A DNA stretch of 64,000 nucleotides from Neovahlkampfia damariscottae (GCA_016618085.1 JABLTG010000003.1:248001-312000), one strand, 5' to 3'. Positions 36,865 to 49,709 are shown, numbered from the stretch's first letter. Made by a program: numbers and translations. The notes: generated from the sequence alone by a model not told the origin.

Positions 36865-38140
36865 ATGCTCAAATTAAAACAATATGAGAAGGAAGAAGAA
36901 GAAATTGATACAGTTTTAACAACTCTTGGATTAAGAAGAAAAAGGATACCAAAAGATGGTTCTTGTCTATTCAGGTTTTTAAACAAAAAATTAACTTTTT
37001 AAAGATGCATCTCAGATTACCTTGGATTTGTTCAAAAATTCAATCATGAAAGAATTAGAAATGAAATAATTGATTATGTTGAACTGAACAAAATATTTTT
37101 TGAAATGTTTTTAGACGAAGATTTCACAAAGTACTGCTCAAAACTAAGAAAACTTGAAGAATGGTAAATCACTCATAATAAATTAATTTCTTCAAAGGGG
37201 TGGTCAAATTGAATTGGAAGCTGCTTCTCAATTATACAAATTACATATTACAGTTTTTTCAACTGCAGGAATTTGTGCAAATCATGGTGAAGAACATAAG
37301 AAAAAATTAAATTTGAGTTATATTCATGGAAATCATTATGATATTGTTTATGATTTAGATTATTGGAAAAAACTTGAATTTTCTCAATCACTTGTTTATA
37401 ATATGATTGAAAATGTGTCCAATAAAAATGATGAAGAATCAGTGGTCGAAATCACAAATGAAAATAATTTGAAATGGATTTATTTTAATGTTGAATATGA
37501 AGAGTGGAAAGAAAGGATGCATAAGAAAAAGAAAAAAACGACAAATAAGAAAAATAAAATGAATAATACAAATACTCTCAAAAAATTGAATAATAATGAA
37601 ATTATCAAAAGTGAATCAATTTGGGATGTATCAAATGAATATGTGACTTCAAATAAGGTATTAGAAGAAAATGAAAATGAAAAAATTATTGTTATTCCAT
37701 CAGAAGAAGAACAAATGAAGAAAAAACAAATGGAAGAATTGAAGAAAAAAGAAGAAGAATTAAAGAAAAAAGAAGAACCAAAAGAAGAAAAACAGATGCA
37801 TTTCAAAAAGAATTTTCAAAAAAGAGAAGAAAAATATGATGATGAATTTTCAAAATTTATCACAAAATACAAAAACAAAAATATTTATCAAAACATAATT
37901 GTAATTGGAAATTTTGACAGAACCATTGGATTTGCACTAAAATCAATGAAAAATACATCAAAATTAAAAAAATGGTTTATATTTGATATTTTTGGTGAAA
38001 TTAAAAAAAATTATTCAATCGGAAAGCAAATTGATATTATTGAGCTTTTCAAAATATTTGACAGGTCAATTTTTTCAAAACACTATTTACTCGGTATTTC
38101 AAAAGAAGATTTGAATGAAATTTATCACAACATGCATTGA
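36865..38140 (+). CDS. OTU-domain deubiquitinase
   Basis: Catalytic motifs IPKDGSCLFR, WGGQIELEAASQLY and LSYIHGNHYD. Two introns. Confidence 0.92.
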
Positions 38141-38229
38141 TTTTTTTCAACGTTCAAAAAATTAAATAAAATTTTCCACCAATAGATTCAAAAGACGAAC
38201 TTTTTTTTTGACCGTTGTTAAAACGGATC

Positions 38230-41007
38230 ATGGGCATGAAGGTGTTTGTACTGTTTTTAATTTTGTGGTTGAATATTGGTTGTTTAGCACAAGTAAAATG
38301 TGTAGATATCAAATCTTGCAGAGAATGTACCTCACGACCTAATTGTAGTATGTTTTTCTTTTGAAATTTACAATAAGATTGGTGTTTATATGGAGCTGCA
38401 TGCAGAAACAGAAATTTTAACTGTCCTTCCCAAGAATTCTTAATGTCAGCTTCAACTAAATTCAATACAGTTTATTGTAAAACATCAAATATAACAAAAC
38501 CAGAAGATTGTGCGTTAGTCCAAAGTAAAAAAAATTTGATTCTAAAAATTAATTCATTTTAGTCAAAGTAGTTAATGGATATGACACAGAGACTACAAAT
38601 ATGGTTAGACCTTTATCAACACAACCAACGATCAAATTTGAAAATTACTCTTCACTTTACATGACAATAAACAAATCTTCCATACAAATAGGTACTTATT
38701 TTCATCAAAAACCATCTGATCGAGTGGATTCAATTTATGGTTCTTCTGGTATCAGTGCTCAAGTTAGAAATTCCACACAACCTTATCAAGACGAATATCA
38801 ATTCACAGATTTAATAGCTACAGGATTTGGGGGTCCTTATAAACTTGGATTTCTATTGTCATATCAAGATTTATCAGGAAAAGAATTTTGTATTGCCACC
38901 ATCTCAAATCAAGATCTTTACATTAATCCAGTACTATTCGTCGTTTATAGCAGTTGGATTGTATGGACTGGATTTGGTTTATTCATTGGAAGTTTTTTTT
39001 TCATTGTGCTTTTTTCTTGTGTCTGTTTTAAACACAGAAGAAAATTCTATGCTTATGGTATGACTGGAAAATATTTTCAAAGAGAATATGGAACAAGTAA
39101 AAAATAACAATAACTTATTCTTTAGATGCTGAAATTCATTGTAGGTTTAATATCATTTTATTTGTTTGTTATTTATTCATCTCACTTATTTCTATGGGAA
39201 CTTTGTTTCCTTTGGATTATATCAAAGGTCCATATACATCAAAAATTGCGGGTGACATTGCTTCATTCTCACCAGCTGCTTTTCCAAAATCAACAAATTT
39301 CATGTGGGTTCATGTTGGTGTTTCTTGGATTTGTGCACTTACATTATTCATTATTTCAATTGTTGTTCAATGTATTTTGAGTCGAAGTTTTAAAAAGAAT
39401 GATCATATTTATACAATTTTATTGAAGAACATTCCAATGGCTCTAACAGGAGAAGATATTAAAAGAATTTTTGAAACTGAATATGGAGAAGATAGTGTCA
39501 AAGAAGTCAATGAATTATATGACTTACATAATTATATCAAATTATGGAAAAAGAGATATAGAATGAAACAATATGCAGGTTTGTCAAAAAAAATTATAAT
39601 TGTTATTTTTCAGAAGTTGATGCTTCCATTGAAGATGAAGTTGAAATTTTGACAGGAAAAATTAAAGAAATGACAGAATCAATGAAGAAATTAGGAAAAG
39701 CATTTGTTACTTTTTCAAATTCATCATGCACCAAAAGATCCATTTTTGGATTACCCCCAGAATTGAAAAAATGTTCAGTTAATTTAGCACATGATCCTGG
39801 TGATATCATTTGGAATAATTTTCATATTTCATTTTGTAATAGATTCTTTAGGATTATTATTTCTTATATTGTAACTCTGTTTGTAATTTTATTTGTAACT
39901 GGAGCAGCAAGTTTTGCATTATATCTTCAAATTATTTTAATTTTTGATTCAACTCAAATTACAGGTTTATTTGGTACTTTGTTCACTGTATCACAAACAA
40001 AAAAATATTTGACACCAGAGATTGTCAAATATCTTATATATTTATTGGAATTATCACCTTATGTTATTGTATTTATCACTAATTCAATGGATGGAGTAAT
40101 CAAGGCTGTAACAAAACAAGAAAAACATGTTTCAAGAAATTCTTATTACACATCATTAATTATCAAATTAATTATATTTCTATTTTGTAATATCACTTTA
40201 CCTCCTTTTTTCGCTGTATATTATGTTTTAGGTCAAAAGGCGACAAATTATCGATACAACTATTTTCTTTACAATTTCATTGGATTAGTTGTTTGTCAAA
40301 TCATCGTTTCACAAACATTTTTTGTTAAATGTGCAAGATATATCAAAGATTTGATTAAAATATCAATCTCTTGTGTGCGATTATTCCCATGTAAAGAATT
40401 TTATCGATATCATGATAGAAGAACGACAATTTTTAAAACATTCATAAAAAAAAGAAATCCAAAAAGAGTTAGATATGAATTCATTTATGGAATGGCTAGA
40501 AATTTGAATATTCTCGTTTTAATGTTCTCAATGGCACCTCTAGTTCCTTCGGTATTAATTTTTGGATTGATGTATTTTATCATTGATTTCTTTTTTGAAA
40601 GATTTCATATTGTTTATTTTGCTGATAAATCACATCACTCAGGTAATCGTTTATTAAAAAGAATTCCAATCATTTTATTCTTTTACATGATTGTTTGTGC
40701 AGCTTCACATGCTGTTTATTTACAACTTCACACAGAAGGATGGACGATTTATGCAACAGTTGGAACTATTGCATTTCAAGGGATTCTTGGAGCAATATTT
40801 CTCATCATTGCCATTATTTTTTCAGTCATCCGAAGAAGAATTTTATTTGGTGATTCTGAAAATAAAACGAAAGGAGTTAGTTATCGACATCCATATCAAG
40901 ATACAATGCACTCTTTCATTGATAAAGAAATGGAAGATATTCATCGAAAAGGACAAGAAAATATCATTGAAAGTAGAAATACATTATCATTTTATGTCAG
41001 AGAATAG
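38230..41007 (+). CDS. OSCA/TMEM63/CSC1-family channel with signal peptide and PSI-like Cys-rich ectodomain
   Basis: Signal peptide, CVDIKSCRECTSRPNC(N)WC, then YTILLKNIP, GKAFVTF, AHDPGDIIWNN and a 7TM region. Four introns traced in frame. Confidence 0.8.
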
Positions 41008-41018
41008 AGAAATTTCAA

Positions 41019-41750
41019 TTATTGAAGATAAGGTTTAATGATTAAAATTAAAGTTACAATTAACATTATAATCAAAGCAATGATAATTAATATTACAAAG
41101 ACTTTCTTTAAAACACTTTTCCAATCTTTTTGTGGTTGAACAATTCTTTCTTCATTTTCATCATCATATTCATCTTCTTCTAATGTTTCATGATAATTTA
41201 TGGAATCTGGATTTTCAAATTGAATTGGTTTTTCAATTGTTTCTTCTTCCTCTTCATCCAAAAGAGGTTTGTTTGGTGCTGGTGGCATTGAATTCATTTC
41301 TAAATCATGATCATCGTAATGATAACCAAAAGTTGAAGTTTCTTTTGAAGTTGGCATTGGCATATCTAAAAATGAGTCATCTGAAAAATTGAATATTATT
41401 TCTTTTGACTCTAAAATAAAGTTAGAAATAAAAAAAAAAACCTGGATTGAGAATTTTGTCAAATTGAAAACTTAAACTTTCTAAATTTGATTTATGTGAG
41501 TTTAATTTTGACTCATATTCACTCCTATTTTCTTCTTCTGATTCTTTTAATTGTCCATCTAACTCTTCCACCTTTTAATTTTAGTTTTCTTTTTTTTTAC
41601 AAGAGATGTTGCTTTTTTGATGTTTCCAGTGATAATATCGATATAATTTTGTCTTAATGATGGTATTTCTGGTAAGGCATCTAAAGTTACTAAATCTCTA
41701 GTTATTGAATTTAAGGCCTCTGTCAACTCAAGTTCAGATTCGACAAACAT
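41019..41750 (-). CDS. Tail-anchored membrane protein with helical N-terminus (Qb-SNARE Habc-like)
   Basis: ATG 41750, 7 nt after a CCAAT. Two introns. Helical N-terminus, acidic linker and a C-terminal TM (VFVILIIIALIIMLIVTLILII). Confidence 0.7.
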
Positions 41751-41863
41751 CACAATGATTGGTAAAAAAAATTTTGGAAAGAATTTGGAAATAAAGAAAT
41801 ATTTCAAGAAGAACTGATTTCAAATTGAAAACTGAATCAAAATTGTCCAATAGCAACAGTTTG

Positions 41864-44155
41864 ATGTTTGTTTTAACTCTTGCTGCGAGTTCATTGGTTG
41901 TTAATAATTTGTTTAACAGCAGAAACCAAACGTACAACAAACCTAAAAACATGACAGAGAACTGGAAAAAACCTGAAGGCTTTAACACAGGAATTAAAGT
42001 TTTAAACTCACTTTCAAATTCAAAAGTAAAATAAAAATACCGTTAAACTTATTTTTTTTCAAAAGGAAGATTTAATTATTGAAGACGGAAGAAACATAAA
42101 ATGGTATACATGTGGTCCTACAGTTTACGATTTAAGCCATATGGGTCATGCAAGAACTTATTTAGGATTTGATATTGTGAGAAGAATTTTAGAAGATTAT
42201 TTTCAATATGACGTTACTTATGTTGTAAATGTTACAGATATTGATGACAAAATCATTAAAAAAGCAAATTTAATTTTCCTCAAAAAATTACTTGAAACTA
42301 TTTCCACCTTAAAAATGAATGAAGAAACAAAAAAAGTTTTTGAAAAAGTGAAACTTACAGTTGAAGAAGATTCAAAAAAGATACCACAACAACTTGGATT
42401 GAAAGATTTAGTTGGTTTAATTGAACAATTAAAAGATGCTTCAAAAAATATTTTAACAAAAGAACAACTAGAAGAAGAACCTGATTTTGTTGGAGTTGCA
42501 AGACATTTTGAAGATTTATACTGGCAAGATATGAAATCTATTAATGTTAGAAGACCAACTGCTATCACAAGAGTTACAGAATACGTTCCAAATGTTATTT
42601 CTTTCATTGAAAAAATTATTGAAAATGGTTATGCTTATGTTTCAAATGAAAGTGTTTATTTTGATACAAAAAAATATGCAGAAGCTCCAAACCATATTTA
42701 TGCTAAATTAGAACCAACTGCTATCACAGATGATGAAAGAAGAACAGAAGGAGAAGGTGAATGGAATAAAACAAACAAAGTTTCAGAAGATAAAAAATCA
42801 CCAAATGATTTTGCACTATGGAAAAAATCAAATAAAGGAGAACCGTCATGGAAATCACCTTTTGGTAAAGCAGGAAGACCAGGTAAAGAAAAATTATTTT
42901 TTGTGTTAAATTTTTTTTTTAACAGGATGGCATATTGAATGTTCAGCTATGGCTTCAGATATTTTAGGTGATACACTTGATGTTCATACAGGAGGTGTTG
43001 ATTTAAAATTTCCACATCATGACAATGAACTTGCTCAATCAGAAGCTCATTTTGACCATAATGTAAAAATTATTGTTTTTTTTTTTTTTACTTTTTTAGC
43101 AATGGGTTAATTACTTTTTACATGCTGGTCATTTACATATTCAAGGATTGAAAATGTCAAAATCATTAAAAAATTTTATTACAATTCAAGGAGCTTTAGA
43201 ATCATTTTCAGCACGTCATATTAGATGGTTATTTGTTTTACATAAATTTAATGATCCAATGGATTACTCAGATGAAACAATGAAAGAAGCACAATATCAT
43301 GATAAATTATTTAATGAATTCTTTCAAAATATGAAAGTAAAATTACGTGATTTAGAATCAAAAAATGAACATTGGAATTCAATGGATCATAAAATTCATA
43401 AATCATTCACTCTTTTAAAAAAAGAAGTTCATCAAGCACTTATTGATAATTTTGATACACCAAAAGTTGTTAAATTGATGGCAGAATTCATGAAATCAGT
43501 TTATATTTACGCTGAAAATGATGATACAAAATATTCTTTATTGTCAGAAATTTCAATTTATGTTATGAAAATGATGAAAGTATTTGGATTTGAACAAGAT
43601 TCTTTTGGATTTTCAACTGGATCAGGAGATGATTTTGAAACTGAATTGAAACCAATTATGGATATATTCGTTCAATTTAGAGAAAAAGTGCGTGAACAAT
43701 CAAAGAAAAACAAAGATCAATTTTTATTATCTTTATCCGATGAACTAAGAGATGATTTGTTACCATTGGTTGGTGTTAGATTGGAAGATAAAGGTGAAAA
43801 ATCAATTTGGAAATTAGATGATAAAGAAACACTCATTAAAGAACGTCAATTAAAAAAAGATCAAGAAGCTGCAATCAAATTACAAAAAGAAAAAGCTAAA
43901 AGAGAAAGAGAAGAAAAAGAAGCAAAAAAACTTGAAGAAGCAAAAGTTTCACCTTTAGAAATGTTTAAAATTGGTGAATATCAAGGTCAATTTGTTGAAT
44001 TTGATGACACTGGATTCCCAACAAAAACAATTAAAAAAGAAGAAGGAAAACCTGATGAAGTTGTTGATTTATCAAAAGCTCAAATGAAGAAACTTAAAAA
44101 AATCCATGAAAAACAAACTAAAGTTCATAATGATTATTTAGCGAAACAAAAATAA
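41864..44155 (+). CDS. CARS1: Cysteinyl-tRNA synthetase (eukaryotic type), two in-frame ATGs
   Basis: [58 protein letters not shown] and KMSKS. Three introns. ATGs at 41864 and 41951. Confidence 0.97.
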
Positions 44156-44244
44156 AATTCCCTTTTTTGATCAAATTGATTTTTTTTTTCAACCAATCAA
44201 TTTCTTGTGTGAAAACATACCAGCCCGAGATACAAACAGTAAAC

Positions 44245-46724
44245 ATGTCAAAATTCGCATCAAATAGAGAAAAATGCAAAAAATGTGCTAAAACTGTATA
44301 TGCGATGGAAAAAATTACTGTAAACTCAATGGTTTTTCATAACTCTTGTTTCAGTAAAATGATAAATTGATATTTATTTTTTTAGAATGTTTTCAATGTA
44401 AAAAGACTTTAACTACATCAAGTTATCATGTTCATGATGATAATGTCTATTGTCCACTTCACTATAAACAATTTGCTAAAAAAGTAGAAACTCAAGAAGA
44501 AAAGACAAAAAGAGAACAAAAAGAAAAAGAACAAAAGGAAAAAGAATCACAAAAAATGAAAGAAGAAGATTCAAAGAAAAAAGAAAATGCTCAAAAAAAA
44601 CAAGAAGAAGAAAAAAAAAAGCAAACTGAAAAATTTAAACAAGAAGAAGAAAAGAAACAACAAGAATCAAAATTACAAAAAGAAAACGAGTTAAAACAAG
44701 AAGAAGAAAAGAAAAAAAAAGAATTAAAACTTAAAAAAGAACAAGAAGAAAAGAAACAACAAGAATCAAAATTACAAAAAGAAAAAGAGTTAAAACAAGA
44801 AGAAGAAAAGAAAAAACAAGAAAAAGAAGCAGAAAAGAAAAAACAAGAAGAAAAGATTCTTGAAACTCAAAAACAAGCTCAAAGTCAAGCCCAAGCCCAG
44901 ACTGAAGAAAAAACAAATCAAAAAGATGCAATGTTCGATAAATTTGACGAAACAGAAAAGCAAATGCAAGAAGAACTTAAAAAATTAGAACAAAGAGAAT
45001 CGGAACTTGATAATGAAGAACCTGAAATTTTATCACCTTCCTTAAAATCAAGACCAATCAATGATGATGAATTAGAAGAATTAGATGAATTAGAAGAACT
45101 TGATGAATTAAATGAAAAAGTATTATCACCAAAACCAGTTTCAGAAGTAAAACATAGAGAAACTGATGAAGAAGAACTAGAAGAATTAGATGATGTTGAT
45201 TATATCAAACCTTCAATCAAAACACAAAGAGAAGAAGAATTAGAAGAATTGGAAGAACTTGATGTAGAAGAACCAAAAGAACAAGAAATTGAACAATCAA
45301 AATCTGTTGAAGATCCAAATGAAACTGAAGAAGCAAAAAGACTCAAAGCTAAAATCCAACAATTAGAAGAAATTGTTCAACAACCAAAAGAAGGAAAAGA
45401 AATTCCTGATGTTGGTGAAGAAGCCTTAGAAAAGGCAAATAAATGCTTTGAAACTGCAACAAAAGAATTCAAAAACAAAAATTTTGAATCAGCCATTGAT
45501 TATTATACAAAAGCTATCAAAGCTAATAAATACATGATTACAGCATATTTTAACAGAGGAATTCTTTATTACAATATGAAAGAATTTGAAAAATGTATTG
45601 ATGATATTACCTTTATGTTAGAATATTCACCTAAAAATACAAGAGCACTTTCAACAAGAGGATTATCATACAAAATGATTAAAGAATATAAAAATGCAAT
45701 TTTAGATTTTAAAATGTGCGAAACTATCGATCCAAATTTTACTCATAATATTAGTCCAATGGCATCTTGTTATTTTGAACTTGGTAGTTATGAATTTGCT
45801 ATTAAATATTTCACTAAATTAATTGAAGAAATGGGTGAAGATTCAATTTATCAAAATTTTTATTTCCGAGCAAAATCATATTTTGAATTATTAAGATATG
45901 AAGATTCAATTGAAGATTTTACAAAAGCTATTGATTTATGTAATGATGAAGGTGTTAAACTTCAAATGTATGAAGATCGTCAAAATGTTTTTGAAAGAGT
46001 ATCAATGGATAATAAATCAGTAGATGAAGAAAGATTTGGTGAATTAAAAAGAGCTTTGAATTCTGGATCTAATTTGAATATTGATTTATTAAAAGATAAA
46101 GCACATGGTTTAATCAATGCAAAAAACTTTAAAGATGCAATTAATATTCTTTCAAAATTAGTTGAATTAACCAATGATATCAATGAACTTTATTTGAGAG
46201 GAATTTGTTATCGTCAAACAAATCAAAATGAAAAAGCAATTACTGATTTTGAAAATATTTTAAAACAAAAACCTGATCATGTTGATTCATTAATGAAATT
46301 ATCAATGATGTATCAAAAAATGAATAAGATTCCAGAAACAATTGAATATTTATCAAAAGTTATTGAAATTTCACCAAAAGGAAAACACTATTTTGATAGA
46401 GGTACTTTATATTTTGAACAAGAAGAGTTTGATAAAGCAGAAAAAGATTTTACAACTTCAATTGAATTAGATCCTTCTTCAATGGACAATTACTACAATC
46501 GTGGAATCATTTATCATCGTCATTTAGATCAAAAAGAAAAAGCATTAGAAGATTATAACAAAGCTGTTGAATTAACAAATTCAAAAGATGTTGATGTATT
46601 GACTGATAGAGCTATTCTTTTTTATGAAATGGATGATGATACTTCATTCAATCAAGATTTGAACCTTGTATTAAAATTAGACCCTGAAAATGAAAGAGCA
46701 TTGCATCTTTTATCACAACAATAA
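44245..46724 (+). CDS. LIM domain + coiled-coil + TPR-repeat protein
   Basis: LIM domain CKKCAKTVYAMEK...FHNSCFKCFQC...YCPLHY spanning one intron, an E/K/Q-rich coil and many TPRs (AYFNRG, ALSTRG, HYFDRG, YYNRG). Confidence 0.9.
44644..44817 (+). repeat. Intragenic near-identical duplication, 99-nt period
   Basis: EEKKQQESKLQKE(N/K)ELKQEEEKKK is encoded twice; CAAGAATCAAAATTACAAAAAG occurs at 44661 and 44760. Confidence 0.9.
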
Positions 46725-46780
46725 TAATTTTTATTTATTTTTATGTTATCATATAATTTGTTGTTTTTATTGGTTCTTTA

Positions 46781-47080
46781 ATGATACAGTTGATTGTGAG
46801 CAAAGTGAGTTTTTTTTTTTTTTAATCTTTGAAGGAGGTCACAGATCCTTTTGATTTGAATCAAGAACCAGAAAAGTTTTTTTTTAAATTGAAAGAAGAT
46901 GAAACAGTTTTTGAATTAAAAAAAGAAATTGAAAAAAAGATAAATAAAAAACTCCAACATTTGGTGGTTTCTTTTGAAGATAAAGTTTTGGAAGATTCTT
47001 TGACTTTTAAAGAAGGTAATATAAAGTCAGGAAGTCATTTAAATTTGACGGTTACAGAAGAAAACGATGATGAATTTTAA
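46781..47080 (+). CDS. Ubiquitin-like domain protein
   Basis: MIQLIVSK, a 30-nt intron, then ETVFELKKEIEKK...FEDKVLEDSLTFKEGNIKSGSHLNL. No C-terminal di-Gly. Confidence 0.8.
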
Positions 47081-47112
47081 CATAAAAATTTTTATTTTAG
47101 TTTGTTGTTGTA

Positions 47113-47358
47113 TTAAGCACCACCAACGATAATATTATTTATTGGGATGTGGATGAGTTTAACAAAAAAACCAATAAATCCCATGACAAAAAATCCAATT
47201 CCACTTGCGAAAGCAATTTTTGTAAATTCTTTTTTTTTTTAATTTTTTTATTATTTTTTACCTTTAGCATCTGGTTTGTGACATTTTTCAATAAGTCTTC
47301 TACTGTCATTATAAAATTCAATAGTTGGGTTGATAACTGAGTCTTCTACAATATCCAT
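47113..47358 (-). CDS. SEC61G: Sec61 gamma subunit (70 aa; absent from ORF track)
   Basis: [52 protein letters not shown] after removing intron 47229-47261. Confidence 0.97.
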
Positions 47359-47548
47359 TTGATTTTCTGTTTTTTTTGTTTCTAGTGTCGTGGACCAATC
47401 AAATCTTCTTATTTTTAACTTCAAAGAATTTTATTTTTTCTTGATTTATTCATAATAAAACTATTAATAATGTCCTAAAAATTTTTTTTTTCAGATTTTT
47501 TTGATTTGTCTCAAGATCATTGGTTGAGTCAATCCAACCGTATTTTCA

Positions 47549-48127
47549 ATGTTCAAAATTGTGGTACTTCTGCTTGTGGTACTTTGTTGTTTTGTTTCTG
47601 TAAATGCACTTCCAAAAAAACTTGTAGATGTGAGAGAAGTACAAAAACCAAAATATGTAAAACCAAATAAATCCAACTGTTACAAATGTCAAAGTTTCTC
47701 AGGTTCAACTAAAACTTTATGCATGAAAAGATGCATGAGACCACGCACAGTTCTTAAAAAAGTCCTCAAATATGACAAGATTGTTAAAAAAGACCATGTG
47801 TGGGGTAAGAAAGGAAAAGAATTTCGTTGTGCCGTTGTTTGTAGAGCAAGAAACGGAAATCAACTTAGAATTATTGTCAAAACACCTTTAAAATTAGTCA
47901 ACAAACATTTTGTAGGACCTTTAGAAGATACTGTAGAAGCAGTTTGTCCTAACGAAAGATCAATTGAATGTAGATGCACAAAAGTTATAAATATGATGCA
48001 AAATGAATTAGAAATCAATTTAGCTTCACTTAGAAGATTAGTGGGAAAAGCTTGTCCAAGAGGAAGAACGGCAACTGTTTTAGAACTCCAAAACAACTTA
48101 CAATCGATTTTTAATGATTTAGAATAA
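47549..48127 (+). CDS. Secreted basic Cys-rich orphan protein
   Basis: Signal peptide MFKIVVLLLVVLCCFVSVNA; ten Cys in the mature part; intronless; ATTGG at 47519. Confidence 0.8.
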   Translation: MFKIVVLLLVVLCCFVSVNALPKKLVDVREVQKPKYVKPNKSNCYKCQSFSGSTKTLCMKRCMRPRTVLKKVLKYDKIVKKDHVWGKKGKEFRCAVVCRARNGNQLRIIVKTPLKLVNKHFVGPLEDTVEAVCPNERSIECRCTKVINMMQNELEINLASLRRLVGKACPRGRTATVLELQNNLQSIFNDLE

Positions 48128-48282
48128 ATAAAATAATAATTTAACAATTCAGACATTGTCTCAAGACCAAAATAAGATGAAAATAAGACTTTTTAGGAAA
48201 GACTTCTTTTTATTGGCTTTTGTTGGAAAGTTTTAATTGGCTGAACAGCACTTCATTTTTCTGACTCAATTAACAATACTTC

Positions 48283-48764
48283 ATGAGAAAGAATCAGTAC
48301 CTGCAAAACCTTTCTGTTGAAATTCAATCAAGAAACAAAGACAACCTTTTAGTGAAACCAAAAGCTGTAAAACCGGTTTCTCCACTGAAATTACCGTAAG
48401 ACAAATTTATAACGTTTTTTTTTTAACTTTTTGAAGAAACATCAAGTTTCAAAGAAATGAACTTTCAAATTATTCACCAGAGAAACAAGCAGGAATTGAA
48501 CTTTTTTCTATATTAACACCAACAGATTCAAATCCAAACTCTTTGGAAAAACAAGAAAATTTTCTTCGAGAAGTTTTTCACAGTCCTTCAATAGATGAAG
48601 TCCATGAATTAGATATTACACCACCTTTACGCTCAGACAATCCAATTGAAAGTGATCATCGTTTTTCATTTGAAGATTTAGAAGAAGAAGAATTTGACGA
48701 TAGAATGTCAATTGGAGCTGAACTTGGACTTTTAACTGTATCACCTACTATTTCATCCCACTAA
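48283..48764 (+). CDS. Small low-complexity orphan protein
   Basis: ATG 48283 after two ATTGG. One phase-2 GTAAG..TTAAC..AG intron joins it in frame to ORF 48543-48764. Several SP/TP sites. Confidence 0.7.
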
Positions 48765-48784
48765 CTTGTTATCATATGTATCAT

Positions 48785-49526
48785 TTAAATTAAAAGAATA
48801 TTTTTTATTTCTGTTTCTATTTTTTGAATGTCTTTTTCTCCTTCAATTTCAAATAATTTGAATTCTTTTTTAAACTTTAAAATAACAGGTTTTGTTATAT
48901 TTTCAAATGTTTCAATTCTATTTTTTATTGCTGATTCAGATAAATCATCTTCTCTTTGTATTAATTTTTCATTTGTTAAATCATCAAAGAAATTTATTTT
49001 TGGTTGACAAAATTTTTCATGGTATGTTCTACCTGATTCCATATGTATCCATCTGCCTTTGGAAAATTTAAAAAAAAACTTTTCATTCCTGACCTTTCAG
49101 TCTTTCAAAAATTTTTTCATTTTTTAATTTTAAATGAATTCCTAAACATTCATCGAAACTATTCCTCCATTTTTTAAATATTTCATATTGAATTTCTGTC
49201 CTTGGATATCCATCCAAAAGAATGTTTTTATTTGAAAGTTTTTCTAATTTTTGTTTTAAGAGTCTCTCTGTAATTTCTTCAGGTACTATTTTTCCTTGTG
49301 ACAAAAGTTTTTGTAGTTCTGGTATTTTATGTATCGATTCTCGCAATGTATCTTTTTGAAAAAAAATAAAATAAATTTTTACCACACCTCCTGCTGATAC
49401 TATTTCAAAAGTTGAACTCGATTTTTTAATCAAATGAGTTTGTGTTCCTTTTCCACTGCCCTTTGAAATGATAAAAATAAAAAATATTCAAACTGCAACA
49501 CCAAAAAAAACAATTAATTTTCTCAT
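48785..49526 (-). CDS. Adenylate kinase (AK3-like LID)
   Basis: GVAGSGKGTQ P-loop across intron 1, LLDGYPRT, GRWIHMESGRTYH and LIQREDD. Three introns. Confidence 0.93.
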
Positions 49527-49626
49527 TGGACAACAAATTCCAAAACCAACATTCACAGAAATTTGATTCTTTGAGATATAAATGATGTTCATTTTATCAC
49601 AATTGATGTTTTTTTCATACAAGCAA

Positions 49627-49709
49627 TCGGGTGTGGTATAGTGGTAGAATTCAAGACTGTCATTTACAACAGAACTCTTGCGACCCGGGTTCAATTCCCG
49701 GCACTCGAG
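49627..49709 (+). tRNA. tRNA-Asp(GTC) with 12-nt intron at the canonical 37/38 position
   Basis: Acceptor TCGGGTG/CACTCGA+G; D-loop AGTGGT; anticodon stem CAAGA/TCTTG with loop CT-GTC-A[TTTACAACAGAA, 49663-49674]C; T-arm CCGGG-TTCAATT-CCCGG; downstream T-run. Confidence 0.95.

Noticed and set aside
14819..44155. Apparent clustering of translation genes (three aaRS, ABCE1, DHX37, bL27m, RPC82, 5S)
   Set aside because: They are interspersed with unrelated genes on both strands; no evidence of a functional cluster without a genome-wide baseline.
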